Shown here piece after piece: positions 9,725-20,200 of a DNA stretch of 64,000 nucleotides. Below the pieces are notes generated by a model that saw only the letters and a program-made list of their open reading frames with translations, had not been told where the DNA came from and made no database searches. The stretch spans positions 3,776,001 through 3,840,000 of the forward strand of contig CATQHZ020000001.1 in the NCBI GenBank assembly GCA_958296135.2, read 5' to 3'. The DNA is from an uncultured Poribacteria bacterium (GTDB taxonomy: Bacteria; Poribacteria; WGA-4E; WGA-3G). Positions within the stretch are counted from its first letter, which is position 1, and each line of letters begins with the position of its first letter. The position numbers and the translations under genes were made by a program.

Positions 9725-10643
9725 AGCGGCACTCGTCGCCGCGACACCGCTCGACAGGCAGCTGTTCCTCGCGCAAGCCCTCGCACACGGCGATGCCCTG
9801 GGAAAATTCTCTACAGAGGAAGCGGACGCGCTCTACCAGAACATCGCCGCAATCGCGCACAAACTCATTACGATGAAAACAGCTGACCTCGCCGATGAAT
9901 CGCAACTCCGAACGCAGGTTCAAAACGCGTTCACGCTTACAAGTCTGGGACTGGAATACGGCAGCCAAGGAAACCTAGACAAAGCTGTCCGGGTGCTTAC
10001 CCGGAACCGCACTGTCACATTTTTCCAGATCGGCAGTACGCTGACAAGCCCCTTGTTGGATAGGGCGCGCAACCTACTAAAAAAGGGGACGATTCTGCCA
10101 TCTCTCCCCGGGGCACCCCCGGGAACCTCGGATATTCAGATTTACAACCCAGCGGAGCAGGCGTTCTTAGAGGCCGTCACGAAATACCAAACCACCATTC
10201 GCACATCGCAAGTCACCATAAGGGACCCGGTGACATCGCGCAACCTATCCCGCGTGACTGACGTAGAAATGGTCGACCGGCAATTGAGGTGCATCGAAAA
10301 TCGGTGGCGTTATGTGCGCGCTTTGCCGTTGGATAACGTCTTGAAACTCACGCCGCCGCTGAGCTCCTTCGCGAACCCGATTGAATACCTCACGCTCGGT
10401 TTAATAGTCAATCTGAGTCTCCATCGGCGAATTGATTTCCAGTTGAATGCACACACTCTCGCAGATTTCAACGCGATAGCTTATGAGAATGGCAACATTT
10501 TGCCGCCCCTCCGCAAACGCCTGCTTAAGTGGATCGCCGACTATCTTGCGGAAGCAAAGCAGCCGGAGGCGGTGCAGCAGTATGCTGTCAGTTATTGGGA
10601 TGAGTGCCTGAAACTGGACAGCCCCAAGCCGATGCTTTTGTAG
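9708..10643 (+). CDS. hypothetical protein (DUF6178-like C-terminal part)
   Basis: Long ORF overlapping the previous gene; 'TSLGLEY...FFQIG' motif. Confidence 0.6.
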   Translation: MMTTNKAALVAATPLDRQLFLAQALAHGDALGKFSTEEADALYQNIAAIAHKLITMKTADLADESQLRTQVQNAFTLTSLGLEYGSQGNLDKAVRVLTRNRTVTFFQIGSTLTSPLLDRARNLLKKGTILPSLPGAPPGTSDIQIYNPAEQAFLEAVTKYQTTIRTSQVTIRDPVTSRNLSRVTDVEMVDRQLRCIENRWRYVRALPLDNVLKLTPPLSSFANPIEYLTLGLIVNLSLHRRIDFQLNAHTLADFNAIAYENGNILPPLRKRLLKWIADYLAEAKQPEAVQQYAVSYWDECLKLDSPKPMLL

Positions 10644-10650
10644 CGCAGCG

Positions 10651-11370
10651 TCATTCTGCCGAGAACCGTTTTTTCGCCGCCGCGATTGCTTGTCGCGCTT
10701 CCGGCGTACCGATGTCGTTCAGCGCGCGTTCTGCCATCATACGCCGTTCGCTATCCGTCCCGTTGAGTGCTTCCGTGAGCGCGGGCACCGCTGGCGAGCC
10801 GATAGTAACGAGTGCCCGAACAACAAGCCTGCGGACGTTCCATTCCGGATCGGTGAGGGAACGCATCAGCGCGGCGAGAATATCTTGTAGGCGCGCGCGC
10901 TTAGTCGCGCTATTATCAAACCGTTTGCCGATTTCGCCGAGGGCATAAGCGACATGAAGCCGAGTCTCCATCGATTCTGCAGCTAAGGCATCGATGAGGA
11001 ACGGCACGGCGGGTTCACCGAGCTGCTGTAAGGCGATAGAACCGACAACGCGCACGTTTTCGTCCGGATCGGACAGCACAGAAATCAACGCAGGCACGAC
11101 CCGGGCCGCCGGCGTTGCAATGTCGCTCAACGTCCAAGCAGCGGTTTCCCGAATCTGTGGATTTTCATGCGATATCCCCCAGACGAGGGCATCAATCGCG
11201 CCAGGGCCCATCGCCACGAGTGCGTGAGCCGCTTCGGCGCGGCGTTCCGCCTCCGGGGCCCCAAGTTGGACGACAAGCGTTTTCGCCTCTCGCGTTTGCA
11301 AATAACATGCCGACAGACATAGCAGCAGAAGCAGTAGGAGGGACCTCGGGGCCCGAATCAGGTATTTCAT
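10651..11370 (-). CDS. HEAT/PBS-lyase repeat lipoprotein
   Basis: Repeated 'L.D.D..VR..A..AL..IG.PAVP.L..AL'; LSAC lipobox; start could be 11433 or 11442. Confidence 0.85.
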   Translation of the reverse strand: MKYLIRAPRSLLLLLLLCLSACYLQTREAKTLVVQLGAPEAERRAEAAHALVAMGPGAIDALVWGISHENPQIRETAAWTLSDIATPAARVVPALISVLSDPDENVRVVGSIALQQLGEPAVPFLIDALAAESMETRLHVAYALGEIGKRFDNSATKRARLQDILAALMRSLTDPEWNVRRLVVRALVTIGSPAVPALTEALNGTDSERRMMAERALNDIGTPEARQAIAAAKKRFSAE

Positions 11371-11433
11371 CAGTAGGAGGGACCGCCGGTCCCGATGTAG
11401 GAGGGACCTCGGGGCCCGAATCAGGTATTTCAT
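11334..11433 (+). repeat. GTAG-REP tandem (63-bp period) overlapping the start of the HEAT gene
   Basis: 2x GTAGGAGGGACCTCGGGGCCCGAATCAGGTATTTCAT plus a variant between them. Confidence 0.85.
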
Positions 11434-11514
11434 GTTGTTCAAAAGTATAGCACAGTCTCACATTTTTGGCAAACTTCTCGCCAGGGTGATTCAGTTTTCA
11501 AATCCGGAGGCATT

Positions 11515-11605
11515 CGCGCGTATCATCGTAGGGCGGGGGCCTGTCCCCCGCCGTGCCCGACGCGCGTATCATCGTAGGGCGGGGGCCTGTCTCCCGCCGT
11601 GCCCG
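11515..11605 (+). repeat. two tandem GTAG-REP palindromes
   Basis: 2x CGCGTATCATCGTAGGGCGGGGGCCTGTC(C/T)CCCGCCGTGCCCGA. Confidence 0.85.
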
Positions 11606-11732
11606 AGCGCCTCGGAAATTCGCGAGGAACAGGCCCTCGTATGTCTCTATCCGCCCTTCTCCCGCACCGGGAAAGGAAAAATGAAAGGAGCATCACGGTT
11701 TTCGCCAATGTGCAAAACCAGATAAGAAAAAA

Positions 11733-12287
11733 ATGCAATTAGAAATCGCAACCTTCGGCGCAGGCTGTTTTTGGTGTGTTGAAGCAGTTTTTCAGCAGCT
11801 AGAAGGCGTTCACGAAGTTGTCTCCGGCTACACCGGCGGCACCACGGACAACCCAACTTATCAAGAAATATGCACGGGGCTGACAGGACATGCGGAAGTC
11901 GTCCAGATTCGGTTTGATCCGAGCGTTATTCCCTACGCGGCGTTGTTGGACGTTTTCTGGCACACGCATGATGCGACGACATTGAATCGGCAGGGCGCAG
12001 ACCACGGTACGCAGTATCGCTCTGCGATTTTCTACCACGATGAGGCGCAGCGGCGCAGTGCCGAGCAGTCCAAAGCGGAAATGGAGAACTCCGAAGCGTG
12101 GGACGCGCCGATTGTCACGGAGATAACAGCGGCGGCAACCTTCTATCCGGCCGAGGGTTACCATCAAAACTATTTCCGGGACAACCCGTATCAGCCGTAC
12201 TGCCAATTTGTGATCTACCCGAAAATGCGGAAGTTCACAAAGGATTTTAAGGATAAACTCAGAACCGATGCATCAAAAGTTCGTTAA
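11733..12287 (+). CDS. msrA: peptide-methionine (S)-S-oxide reductase
   Basis: GCFWC active site, GHAEVVQ, GTQYRSAIF, AEGYHQNY. Confidence 0.95.
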   Translation: MQLEIATFGAGCFWCVEAVFQQLEGVHEVVSGYTGGTTDNPTYQEICTGLTGHAEVVQIRFDPSVIPYAALLDVFWHTHDATTLNRQGADHGTQYRSAIFYHDEAQRRSAEQSKAEMENSEAWDAPIVTEITAAATFYPAEGYHQNYFRDNPYQPYCQFVIYPKMRKFTKDFKDKLRTDASKVR

Positions 12288-12364
12288 TCTGGAAAATTTC
12301 CGCTTGACAGATTTCACGAAAATTGATAGAATACCCTATCTTTACCTAACAGGAGGAAATTCTT

Positions 12365-13141
12365 ATGATGAAATTGGTTATGTGTTTAGGCATCGCATTG
12401 CTTCTGGTGATAACTCCCGCCTTCACAAAGGCGGAGGAGTTTACGGACGGGCTCGTCCTCTACCACGCCTACGATGAAGGCGACGGTGCTGTCGCCGAAG
12501 ACCTCAGCGGCAACGGGCACGATGGCGAAATCGATAACCCTATCTGGGTGGATGGCAAGTTTGAAAAAGCACTTGAATTTGGCGGCGAAGGCAGCGGCAC
12601 GTTCGTCACCGTTGAAAGCACGCCGAGACTGAACGTCAACGAATGCACGTTCATGGCGTGGATTAATGCCGAACATTGGAACGGCGTCCGCCAAATCGTC
12701 GGCAAATCTGTCCACGGCGGATGCGGCGGCCGGGTGCAATACGGGCTGTTCAGCGAAGGCGGCACTTTCAAACTCCGCTTTGAAGGCGAAGGCGCCCGAG
12801 CCGACATCTCCACAGATCTGCCTGACACTGAGAAGTGGGTGCATGTCGCTTTTACTAACGACGGAAAAACGGGCATCATCTATATCGATGGCGATGCCGT
12901 GATCGATCAAGCGGTACCGGGAAAACTCGGGGCCAACGATGACCCGTGGCGCATCGGACAGGATTGCGACCGCGAGAACTACATCTTCGCCGGCATTATC
13001 GACGAGGTGCGTCTCTGGAATCGCGCCCTGAGTGAGAAGGATATTAACACCTTCAAAGACCAGGGTGCAAAAGAGGCACTCGCCGTGGATCCGAGCGGTA
13101 AACTCTCAACCACCTGGGGCCGCCTCAAAACGTCCCGATAA
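12365..13141 (+). CDS. secreted LamG (laminin G3) domain protein
   Basis: Signal peptide, DLSGNGHDG, WVHVAFT, FAGIIDEVRLWNRALS; C-terminal AVDPSGKLSTTWGRLK. Confidence 0.9.
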   Translation: MMKLVMCLGIALLLVITPAFTKAEEFTDGLVLYHAYDEGDGAVAEDLSGNGHDGEIDNPIWVDGKFEKALEFGGEGSGTFVTVESTPRLNVNECTFMAWINAEHWNGVRQIVGKSVHGGCGGRVQYGLFSEGGTFKLRFEGEGARADISTDLPDTEKWVHVAFTNDGKTGIIYIDGDAVIDQAVPGKLGANDDPWRIGQDCDRENYIFAGIIDEVRLWNRALSEKDINTFKDQGAKEALAVDPSGKLSTTWGRLKTSR

Positions 13142-13215
13142 TAGTTTGAGGCGAGGGAAACCTCTCCCTCGCCTCACATAAAAATCGCTTGACAAATTCT
13201 CTCACCGTGAATATC

Positions 13216-14001
13216 ATGACTAAAGAGATGGACGAACCAATAAAAACAGTCGTCTGTAGAAATTGCAACGCAGCAATCGATGAAGAGACGTTCGTGACAC
13301 ATCTGAAAGTGTGCGATAGCTGCGGACATCACCACTATCTGACGGCTCACGAACGGCTCGAGCTCCTCATTGACGCGGGCAGCTTTGAGGAACACGATGC
13401 GGATTTATATTCTATCGATTCGTTGGAATTCCCAGAATATCCGCAAAAATTGGCGCGAGACATCGCGAAAACAGGGCTCCGCTCCGAGATGCTCTCCGGC
13501 ATCGCCAACATCGGCGGACACCCAACTGCCATTGCGATTGGGGATGTTAGGTTCATCGGGGGGACATGCGGTTCTGTTATCGGTGAAAAGGTTACCCGAT
13601 GTATTGAACGCGCGCTTGAAAATAGGGTGCCGTTAGTACTCGTCTCCGTGAGCGGTGGGATGCGGATGCAGGAAGGCACGCTCGCTTTGATGCAGATGGC
13701 GAAAACCGCAGCGGCGTGCGCAGCCTATGCCAAAGAGGGAGTCTTTTACATTTCTGTCGTCACCGATCCGACGTTTGGCGGGGCGACAGCGAGTTACACC
13801 TCCCTCGGCGATGTGATTATCGCCGAACCCGGTGCGCGCATCGGCTTTGCGGGCCCGTTGGCGGTTGCGAGCCTACGCGAAGAACTCCCCGAAGACTTTC
13901 AAAAAGCGGAGTCATTGCTGGCACATGGCTTCATCGATGCCATCGTCCACCGCGCCGAGATGCGGCGGATGTTGATGGAACTGCTTGAATTCGCCCGCTA
14001 A
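13216..14001 (+). CDS. accD: acetyl-CoA carboxylase carboxyltransferase beta subunit
   Basis: CxxC..CxxC Zn finger, SGGMRMQEG, LMQMAKT, AEPGARIGFAG. Confidence 0.92.
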   Translation: MTKEMDEPIKTVVCRNCNAAIDEETFVTHLKVCDSCGHHHYLTAHERLELLIDAGSFEEHDADLYSIDSLEFPEYPQKLARDIAKTGLRSEMLSGIANIGGHPTAIAIGDVRFIGGTCGSVIGEKVTRCIERALENRVPLVLVSVSGGMRMQEGTLALMQMAKTAAACAAYAKEGVFYISVVTDPTFGGATASYTSLGDVIIAEPGARIGFAGPLAVASLREELPEDFQKAESLLAHGFIDAIVHRAEMRRMLMELLEFAR

Positions 14002-14172
14002 AAAAACTAACGAACCGTAGAGCGAAGGACAGACACTCGCCCTACGGATACCACTTGGGGTTTTTTGTAGCCTCAATGAAAAACAAGCGTTAATATAGAT
14101 GCAACTCTTGCTCTTCGTTCAGGAAAACCGCGCACTAAAAAATCTCTAAGAAAAGCAAAATAGGAATAGAAC

Positions 14173-16452
14173 ATGCCGAAATCACTCGTCGTTGTTGAAT
14201 CGCCGGCGAAAGCGAAAACCATCAAAAAGATTTTAGGCAGGGATTACATCGTTGAATCCTCTGTCGGGCATATCCGCGATTTGCCGAAAAAAGAGCTCGG
14301 TGTCGATATCGAAAACGCCTTCACGCCCAAATATGTCCGCATCCGCGGGAAGGGGAAGGTGATTAAGGCACTGACAGAATCGGCGCGGAAGGTAGATACC
14401 ATCTACCTCGCCGCTGACCCGGACCGGGAGGGCGAGGCCATTTGTTGGCACCTCGCCGAGGAATTGAAGAAGGCGAAGAAGCCCATCCATCGCATCGTCT
14501 ATAACGAAGTTACCAAAGGCGCGATTTTAGAGGCTATCCAGGCTCCGGGGCAGATTGACATGGCACTCGTTGATGCGCAACAGGCTCGGCGCATTTTAGA
14601 CCGGCTCGTCGGATACCAGATCAGCCCGATTTTGTGGCGAAGCGTCAAACCAGGGCTGAGTGCCGGCCGGGTGCAGTCTGTTGCCGTACGGCTCATCTGC
14701 GAACGCGAGGCAGAAATTGAGGCGTTCAAACCACAGGAATATTGGACGCTCACCGCCACGTTGTCGCCGATGGAAAAGGAGCATCTGTTCCTCGCGAAAC
14801 TACATCGTATCGGGAAAGAGAAGGGGCAGATTAACAACTACGGCTTTCTCATCGATGCGGCGCGTGCCAAAGCACTCGCCGCCGACGCGCAGACGCAACC
14901 CTATATCGTCGAAAAGGTGAAGAAACAGGAGCGGAAACAACGCCCGGTGCCACCTTTTATCACGAGTAGTTTGCAACAGGAGGCGGCCCGCAAACTCCGA
15001 TTTACGGCGAAAAGGACGATGCGCATCGCACAACAACTCTATGAGGGACTTGAACTCGGGAGTGAAGGCTCCGTGGGCCTCATCACCTACATGCGCACCG
15101 ACTCAACGCGCATCGCACAAGAGGCACTTGTTTCCGCGCGCGAATTCATCAAAACAACTTACGGTACGGACTATCTGCCAGCGCGCGCCGTGCAGTATCG
15201 AACCAAAAAAGGCGCGCAAGACGCGCACGAGGCGGTGCGGCCGAGTGTGCCATTGCGCACACCCGCGTCACTGAAACCGTATCTCAACGATGAGCAGTAT
15301 CGCCTCTACGAACTCATTTGGATGCGGTTCATTGCAAGCCAAATGAAGCCTGCCCTTTTTGACGCGACGACAATTGATATAAAAGCCGGGCAGTATCTCT
15401 TCCGGGCGACCGGCGCTGTCATGAAGTTTAAGGGGTTCCGGAGCGTCTACATGGAGGGAGAAGACGATGTCACTGCCGATGGCGATACCGAAGCAAACGT
15501 CTCCCTCCCCATCGTCAAGGAGGGCGATAGGCTCGATTTGCGCAAGTTGGTGCCGAAGCAACACTTCACGCAGCCGCCACCCCGTTACAACGAAGCAACG
15601 CTAGTCAAGGCACTGGAGGCGAAGGAAATCGGCCGCCCAAGCACTTACGCGACAATCCTCTCCACTATCCAAGACCGGGGATACGTGGAGAAAGACCGGG
15701 GCCGCCTGCTACCGACAGACATCGGAAGGCTTGTTAATCAACTCCTCATCCACGGCTTTCCCAACATCGTTGATGTAGAATTCACGGCGAAGATGGAGGA
15801 GCAACTGGATACCGTCGCCGATGGCAAAGTAGCATGGGTGCGGACGTTAGGCGAGTTCTACCCCTCGTTCCAAACCGCACTGAAAGAAGCACCCGACAAA
15901 ATGTATGAGGCGCGCAAAGCGATGGAAACCGAATCCGAGGAGATATGCGAGAAGTGTGGCGGCAAAATGATTATCAAGTGGGGCCGTTATGGGCGGTTCC
16001 TCGGGTGCGCGAACTATCCGGAGTGCCAAAACATCAAACGCTTGAACGGCGATGACACCGCGTCTGCTGAACCGGAACCCACCGACACTCAGTGCGATAA
16101 GTGCGGCTCGCCGATGGTTATCAAGGTGAGCCGCGCGGGTGCCAAGTTTTTATCGTGCAGCGGCTACCCGAAATGCAAAAACGCGAAGCCGCTCCCGATA
16201 GGTATTGACTGCCCGGAGAAAACCTGCGACGGCTACCTCGGTGAACGACGCACGCGCCGGGGCAAAATCTTCTACGGCTGCAGCAATTATCCGAAGTGCG
16301 AGTTTTCGACGTGGGACAAACCGGTTACGGGGCCTTGCCCGGCATGCAACGCACCGATTCTCGTTGAGAGAACCCGAAAACTGAAGGGGAGCGAAGAGGA
16401 GGCAACGCACCTCGCCTGCCACTCGAAAGCGTGTGGGTATACGAACCAATAA
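14173..16452 (+). CDS. topA: DNA topoisomerase I
   Basis: VESPAKAKTI, DPDREGE, SAGRVQS, ITYMRTDS, C-terminal Zn ribbons. Confidence 0.97.
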   Translation: MPKSLVVVESPAKAKTIKKILGRDYIVESSVGHIRDLPKKELGVDIENAFTPKYVRIRGKGKVIKALTESARKVDTIYLAADPDREGEAICWHLAEELKKAKKPIHRIVYNEVTKGAILEAIQAPGQIDMALVDAQQARRILDRLVGYQISPILWRSVKPGLSAGRVQSVAVRLICEREAEIEAFKPQEYWTLTATLSPMEKEHLFLAKLHRIGKEKGQINNYGFLIDAARAKALAADAQTQPYIVEKVKKQERKQRPVPPFITSSLQQEAARKLRFTAKRTMRIAQQLYEGLELGSEGSVGLITYMRTDSTRIAQEALVSAREFIKTTYGTDYLPARAVQYRTKKGAQDAHEAVRPSVPLRTPASLKPYLNDEQYRLYELIWMRFIASQMKPALFDATTIDIKAGQYLFRATGAVMKFKGFRSVYMEGEDDVTADGDTEANVSLPIVKEGDRLDLRKLVPKQHFTQPPPRYNEATLVKALEAKEIGRPSTYATILSTIQDRGYVEKDRGRLLPTDIGRLVNQLLIHGFPNIVDVEFTAKMEEQLDTVADGKVAWVRTLGEFYPSFQTALKEAPDKMYEARKAMETESEEICEKCGGKMIIKWGRYGRFLGCANYPECQNIKRLNGDDTASAEPEPTDTQCDKCGSPMVIKVSRAGAKFLSCSGYPKCKNAKPLPIGIDCPEKTCDGYLGERRTRRGKIFYGCSNYPKCEFSTWDKPVTGPCPACNAPILVERTRKLKGSEEEATHLACHSKACGYTNQ

Positions 16453-16508
16453 ATGAGACGCGGCAAAAATCGCCCGAGCCCGCAGTGCCAGGGCCTGTCC
16501 CTCGCAAA

Positions 16509-16769
16509 CCCGCGCGCCACAGTCTCGATACCGATGCACCCGGTAGGAGAAACCTCCTGCTCTCGAACTGGAGAAAAACAGGCCCGCGCGCCACAGTCTC
16601 GATACCGATGCACCCGGTAGGAGAAACCTCCTGCTCTCGAACTGGAGAAAAACAGGCCCGCGCGCCACAGTCTCGATACCGATGCACCCGGTAGGAGAAA
16701 CCTCCTGCTCTCGAACTGGAGAGACCTTGAGGTAGGAGAAACCTCCCAGTCTCGAACTGGAGAAAAAAA
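16509..16769 (+). repeat. 74-bp tandem repeat (about 3.5 copies) containing a GTAG-REP
   Basis: Units start at 16509, 16583 and 16657, with a partial copy at 16731; core GGTAGGAGAAACCTCCTGCTCTCGAACTGGAGA. Confidence 0.9.
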
Positions 16770-17417
16770 ATGATCCAAGTCCACCAAGTCAGTTTCAGTT
16801 ATGGCGAACTGAGCGTGCTTGAAACAGTCAGCTTTCGGTTGGAACGCGGCGAATTCGCCTTCCTCGTCGGACCGAGTGGCGCGGGGAAGACAACCCTGCT
16901 CCGGCTGTTATACCGCGACCTCGTGCCAACAGCGGGCGACCTGAGCGTCATCGGACAACCCTTATCGGAACTGACCCGGTTAAGTCTTCCCTACTTTCGG
17001 CAGAAAATCGGGCTTGTCTTTCAAGACTTCAAGTTTGTGCCGCATAAGACTGTTCATCAAAATCTCGCGCTGCCCCAGAAATTGATAGGCGCGAAGCCGG
17101 CGACGCTCCGGGAGAATGTGAACAAACTCCTGCATCAGATGGGGCTTGCGCACCATAAAGCGGCGCGGCCGGCAGATATCTCCGGGAACGAACGGCAGCG
17201 GCTGGCCATCGCGAGAGCAGTTATCAACCGGCCGCTGTTGCTGCTCGCTGATGCACCGACAGCGGATTTAGACGCACGCCTCTCCCTTGAAATGATGGCA
17301 CTCCTTGATGCCTTGAATTTCCAAGGAATGACTATCCTCATCGCAACGAGTGACAAACAACTTGCACAAAAATGCAATAAGCGGATTATTGAACTGAGAG
17401 ACGGTAGTATTCGTTGA
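16770..17417 (+). CDS. ftsE: cell division ABC ATPase
   Basis: GPSGAGKT, IGLVFQDFK; degenerate signature/Walker B (ISGNE, LADAPT); followed by an ftsX-like gene. Confidence 0.8.
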   Translation: MIQVHQVSFSYGELSVLETVSFRLERGEFAFLVGPSGAGKTTLLRLLYRDLVPTAGDLSVIGQPLSELTRLSLPYFRQKIGLVFQDFKFVPHKTVHQNLALPQKLIGAKPATLRENVNKLLHQMGLAHHKAARPADISGNERQRLAIARAVINRPLLLLADAPTADLDARLSLEMMALLDALNFQGMTILIATSDKQLAQKCNKRIIELRDGSIR

Positions 17418-17601
17418 TTTTCTCTTTTGTTGTTTCTCGCGATGGTTTGACGTTGGCTTGGAGAAGTGTCTCTCGGGCTCAGGCGAGCCCGAACTACAGC
17501 CCGTCAGGACGTTGTTTTTTCTTGCAGGCTTTGGCTAAGGGTTGCAAGTCGGCCCGTTCCGTCAACGTAGACTTCCGAGGCTAAAAAACCTGTTCCAAAA
17601 C

Positions 17602-18465
17602 ATGCGCTATCATCTGGAAAACGCCTTCTCTCATATCATGCATGCAGGCATCGCAAATCTGATGAGCCTTCTCAGCATCGCGTTTACGATTGTGCTGCTC
17701 ACAATCTTATTGCTCAACCACACTTTTATTGCACAGCAGCTGACATTGGCGAAAGACGCGCCGACGCTCGTCGCATTTCTCAAGGACACCGTCAACGAGC
17801 CAAAAGGACGCGCGTTCGTAAGCCACATTGAGAAAGACGAACGCATCAGCAGTGTGTATTATGTCTCAAAGTCAGAAGAACTCGCACGCGGCGAAACCAA
17901 ATTTAAGGATGTAGGCCGCCTCATTAAAGAGGCTTTTCCCGGAGTTATCCCTTTTCAAGCCTCACTTGAAATTTATATAGACGAAGAGATTGTAACACGG
18001 CGAGCCTTAGAACAAATCGCTTTGGATATTAAAGCGTATGACGAAATCGAGGATGTCATGCTGAAGGGACAAGGCGTGCTGAACGAGTTGTTGCGCGACG
18101 CGGCGCGGCTAACGTTCGCCGCACTTGCTGTCGCCATCGCGATATGCTGGCTGATTATCCGTCACACCGTCGGAAAGACGCTGGCAGCCCGCAAGGACGA
18201 ACTCGCACTCATGGAACTCCTCGGCGCGTTCCCGCGCTACTTCCTCATTCCGCTCCTCATGCACGGGATTTTCCTGGGCGCGTTCGGAACAGGATGTGGA
18301 CTCGGCGTTTTCTACGGCTTGTTTGTCATGTTCAGATATCAACTGGGCGCGGTGCATGTTCTACCGATTTATCAGCCGATTGCCATCGTCATCGGTGGCA
18401 TAACAATTGGCATAATCGCCGGTATCTTCGCGCACAGGAAATTAACGCAAGGAAATGAAAAATGA
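17602..18465 (+). CDS. ftsX: FtsX-like permease
   Basis: 1+3 TM layout, YVSKSEEL, RKDELALMELLGA. Confidence 0.75.
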   Translation: MRYHLENAFSHIMHAGIANLMSLLSIAFTIVLLTILLLNHTFIAQQLTLAKDAPTLVAFLKDTVNEPKGRAFVSHIEKDERISSVYYVSKSEELARGETKFKDVGRLIKEAFPGVIPFQASLEIYIDEEIVTRRALEQIALDIKAYDEIEDVMLKGQGVLNELLRDAARLTFAALAVAIAICWLIIRHTVGKTLAARKDELALMELLGAFPRYFLIPLLMHGIFLGAFGTGCGLGVFYGLFVMFRYQLGAVHVLPIYQPIAIVIGGITIGIIAGIFAHRKLTQGNEK

Positions 18466-20168
18466 AAAATCGTGACATCAGTGCCATCTTCAGAGCCATC
18501 GGCGCGCTTTTGCAAATCCGCGGTGACGATGCCTACCGCGCACGCATTTACGAACGCGCCGCCGACATCATTGATGGCTTAGCCCGTGAACTCGCTGAGA
18601 TGCACACCCTAGCAGAATTCCGCGCCATACCCGGCATCGGCAAAGCCATTGAAGACAAAACAGCCGAAATGATTGAAACGGGACGCTGCAAATTCTACGA
18701 TGAACTCACGACTGAAATGGGGACAGAAGTGTTGGAGTTGTTGGAAATCCGCGGCATCGGCGTGAAAACCGCCAGCAGGTTCTATAACGAACTCGGCATC
18801 CGAAACATCGATGACCTCGGGGAAGCACTAGACAGTGGACAACTCAGAAGAATGAAGGGCACCGGCAAGAAAAGCCTGAAACTCATCGCCGAAAGCTTGA
18901 AGTTTCACGCAGAACAGAAGGGGACACGGCCACTGCAGGATGCACTGAACATTGCCGAACGGCTTGCCGAACTTGTGAAAACGGCACGGATAAAACGCCA
19001 CGAATTCACCGGCGCGCTACGCCGACGCGAAGAAATCTGTCGCGGCATCGACATGGTTGTGGAGGCCGATGGAGAAATAGGGGCTACCCAGCAATCGCTA
19101 CTAGAACTTATTGGCGAAGATGCCTCGGTGCCGGACAGGGATACCAACTGCATTCAATTCCACATCAATCGGGATTTTCCGGTGACTCTCCATATCTGCA
19201 CCGCTGACGCATACAATGCAACGCGCTTCCGCACCACTGCCACCGAGGAACATCTCGCCGCACTCCCTCAGACTGAAGAAGGTAAGGGCGGATGTCTCTA
19301 TCCGCCCACCCCCGATACGGAAGCCGCCATCTATCAAAAAATGGGTTTACCCTATATTCCCCCGGAACTCCGAGGGGATGCAGACTCCATCACCGCAGCG
19401 GCGGAAGGCACCTTGCCCCGGCTTGTGGCACGCAGCGACTTACGCGGCGATCTTCACGCACACACCGACTGGAGTGACGGCCGAAACACCCTCCGAGACA
19501 TGGTAGAAGCGGCGAAAGCGGCAGGGTTTGAATACATCGCCATCACCGATCATTCTGTCTCCTCTACCGTTGCCAAAGGGTTAGACAGAGAACGGTTGTT
19601 GCGCCAGATCGAACAAGTTCGCGAGTTGGACGCAGAGATTGAGGGCATCACAGTGCTTGCCGGTTCGGAGGTGGATATTCGCGAATATGGGCACCTCGAT
19701 TTTCCGGAGAGAATTTTGGAGCAACTGGATATCGTCGTCGCAAGCGTTCACAGTCATTTCTCGCTTTCGGAAGAACGGATGACGCAGCGTATCGTTCGCG
19801 CGATTGAGAGCCCGTTCGTCCACATTATTGGGCATCCTACTGGCAGGTTGCTTGGCAGACGGCCGATGTATCCGCTCAATCTTGAGGAGATTATTGCAGC
19901 CGCCGCAGCAAACGGGACGGTGTTGGAAATCAACAGTGCCCCGAGCCGCTTGGATCTGGGGCCTGAATTTGTTCGTCAGGCGAAGCGCGCCGGAGTGCAG
20001 TTAGCAGTCAACACAGATGCGCATGCGATTGCGCAACTAGAGCATCGTCGTTTCGGCATTAACGTCGCCCGTCGCGGATGGCTGACGAAAGCGGAAGTCA
20101 TCAATACCTATACTTTGGATGAACTCAACGCGGCGTTCGGCATCGGAAGCAGTCGCCAAAGAAAGTAG
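18462..20168 (+). CDS. polX: DNA polymerase X / PHP domain protein
   Basis: IPGIGKAI, YIPPELR, GDLHAHTDWSDG, ITDHS, GHPTGR, NTDAH. Confidence 0.95.
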   Translation: MKNRDISAIFRAIGALLQIRGDDAYRARIYERAADIIDGLARELAEMHTLAEFRAIPGIGKAIEDKTAEMIETGRCKFYDELTTEMGTEVLELLEIRGIGVKTASRFYNELGIRNIDDLGEALDSGQLRRMKGTGKKSLKLIAESLKFHAEQKGTRPLQDALNIAERLAELVKTARIKRHEFTGALRRREEICRGIDMVVEADGEIGATQQSLLELIGEDASVPDRDTNCIQFHINRDFPVTLHICTADAYNATRFRTTATEEHLAALPQTEEGKGGCLYPPTPDTEAAIYQKMGLPYIPPELRGDADSITAAAEGTLPRLVARSDLRGDLHAHTDWSDGRNTLRDMVEAAKAAGFEYIAITDHSVSSTVAKGLDRERLLRQIEQVRELDAEIEGITVLAGSEVDIREYGHLDFPERILEQLDIVVASVHSHFSLSEERMTQRIVRAIESPFVHIIGHPTGRLLGRRPMYPLNLEEIIAAAAANGTVLEINSAPSRLDLGPEFVRQAKRAGVQLAVNTDAHAIAQLEHRRFGINVARRGWLTKAEVINTYTLDELNAAFGIGSSRQRK

Positions 20169-20200
20169 CCCGTAACTCGTGATACATGTATGGTTTTCTG

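Noticed and set aside
16509-16769. 74-bp repeats as a second CRISPR array
   Set aside because: Units are identical along their full length, with no unique spacers; this is a tandem REP.
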